Below are positions 40,847 to 41,496 of a stretch of DNA of 41,496 nt, piece by piece. Made by a program: the position numbers and the translations under genes. How positions within the stretch are numbered: position 1 is the stretch's first letter; each line of letters begins with the position of its first letter. A model generated the notes under the pieces. It searched no databases. It was not told where the DNA came from and saw nothing but the letters and a program-made list of their open reading frames with translations. Source of the stretch: an uncultured Fibrobacterales bacterium. Its GTDB lineage: Bacteria > Fibrobacterota > Fibrobacteria > Fibrobacterales > CAWVXU01. The stretch lies in contig CAWVXU010000014.1 in the NCBI GenBank assembly GCA_963934255.1, positions 1 to 41,496 on the forward strand. The letters run 5' to 3'.

Positions 40847-41496
40847 ATGAAGAAACCAATCCATCTTATTCCAGCATTTATGTTGGCTACCACGCTTTGG
40901 GCCCAAACCCCCAAGCCAACACAAACAATTACTCCTGAAGCAACTGCTGTACCAGCCGCTGAAATGACTCAAGCTCAGGCTGCAGAAACAAGTAGCTCTC
41001 CTGCTGTAGAGGGACCCGTGACAAACGAGGCAACAGTTGAAAACCAAGCAACAGATGCTCCGGCAACGGCGATGACTCCAGAGTCTCAAACCTTAGCTCC
41101 AGAAGCAGCGACCCCAATTAGCGCAACTGCTTCAAGAGACTCATCACCAGAGGCTGCCTTACCTCAGGCAGAAACTACTGAAGCTCAGGACAACACCTCT
41201 GCAACACAAGCCAGCTCAACTGCCGACAAAGCCGGTGACCAAACAAAAGCTAAGACACCAAAATCAGATAAAGACAATGCTGATTCAAAAGGAGCAGGAG
41301 CAGGTGAAGGCTCGGGTGCAGGTATGAGTGGTGGTTCAATCTCAGTTGGATTAACCGAGCTCGATGGCGAATCAGTCACGCGTATATCTTATCGCCCAGA
41401 AGTAACCTTAGGTAAATTTGGGGTGGCATTAGACCTTGAGTTATTCATTGACTCAGACGGTAACTTTCTCCCATTTGGTTGGGAATTTGATACTAA
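40847..41496 (+). CDS. Exported protein with A/T/P/E/S-rich linker and probable beta-strand domain, 3'-truncated (absent from the ORF track)
   Basis: Hand translation from ATG 40847 (AAGGA RBS) stays open to the window end: MKKPIHLIPAFMLATTLWAQTPKPTQ...GSISVGLTELDGESVTRISYRPEVTLGKFGVALDLELFIDSDGNF... Confidence 0.85.
   Translation, partial: MKKPIHLIPAFMLATTLWAQTPKPTQTITPEATAVPAAEMTQAQAAETSSSPAVEGPVTNEATVENQATDAPATAMTPESQTLAPEAATPISATASRDSSPEAALPQAETTEAQDNTSATQASSTADKAGDQTKAKTPKSDKDNADSKGAGAGEGSGAGMSGGSISVGLTELDGESVTRISYRPEVTLGKFGVALDLELFIDSDGNFLPFGWEFDT

Noticed and set aside
40823..41379. Three minus-strand ORFs at the right end
   Set aside because: Shadows of the real plus-strand gene starting at 40847.

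Overview
AT-rich bacterial chromosomal window, densely coding with about 30 CDS. I recognised no rRNA, tRNA, CRISPR array, IS or prophage. Left to right: a 5'-truncated patatin and a beta-oxidation operon (acyl-CoA synthetase, thiolase, FadJ-type multifunctional enzyme, acyl-CoA dehydrogenase); a CHASE4-HAMP-GGDEF cyclase; greB-tatD-sanA; monomeric icd; a membrane GAF-GGDEF-EAL protein; two unknown lipoproteins; pepA-guaA-hflX-aroE; an aroK-aroB fusion and an SDR sugar-nucleotide enzyme; a minus-strand sugar cluster (PfkA-family kinase, GlmS-like SIS protein, PIG-L deacetylase, aldose 1-epimerase) split by a soluble hybrid histidine kinase; a soluble GGDEF protein; a PEGA-scpB-mutS-cNMP-AI-2E run; and a 3'-truncated exported protein missed by the ORF track. 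The gene mix and a recurring TATATTT upstream motif suggest an FCB-group, possibly Fibrobacterota-like, organism (inference only). The strongest lead is the PfkA homolog: it keeps the PPi-type donor motifs but appears to have lost several fructose-6-phosphate contacts, and its neighbours would form an amino-sugar catabolic route lacking only a kinase.
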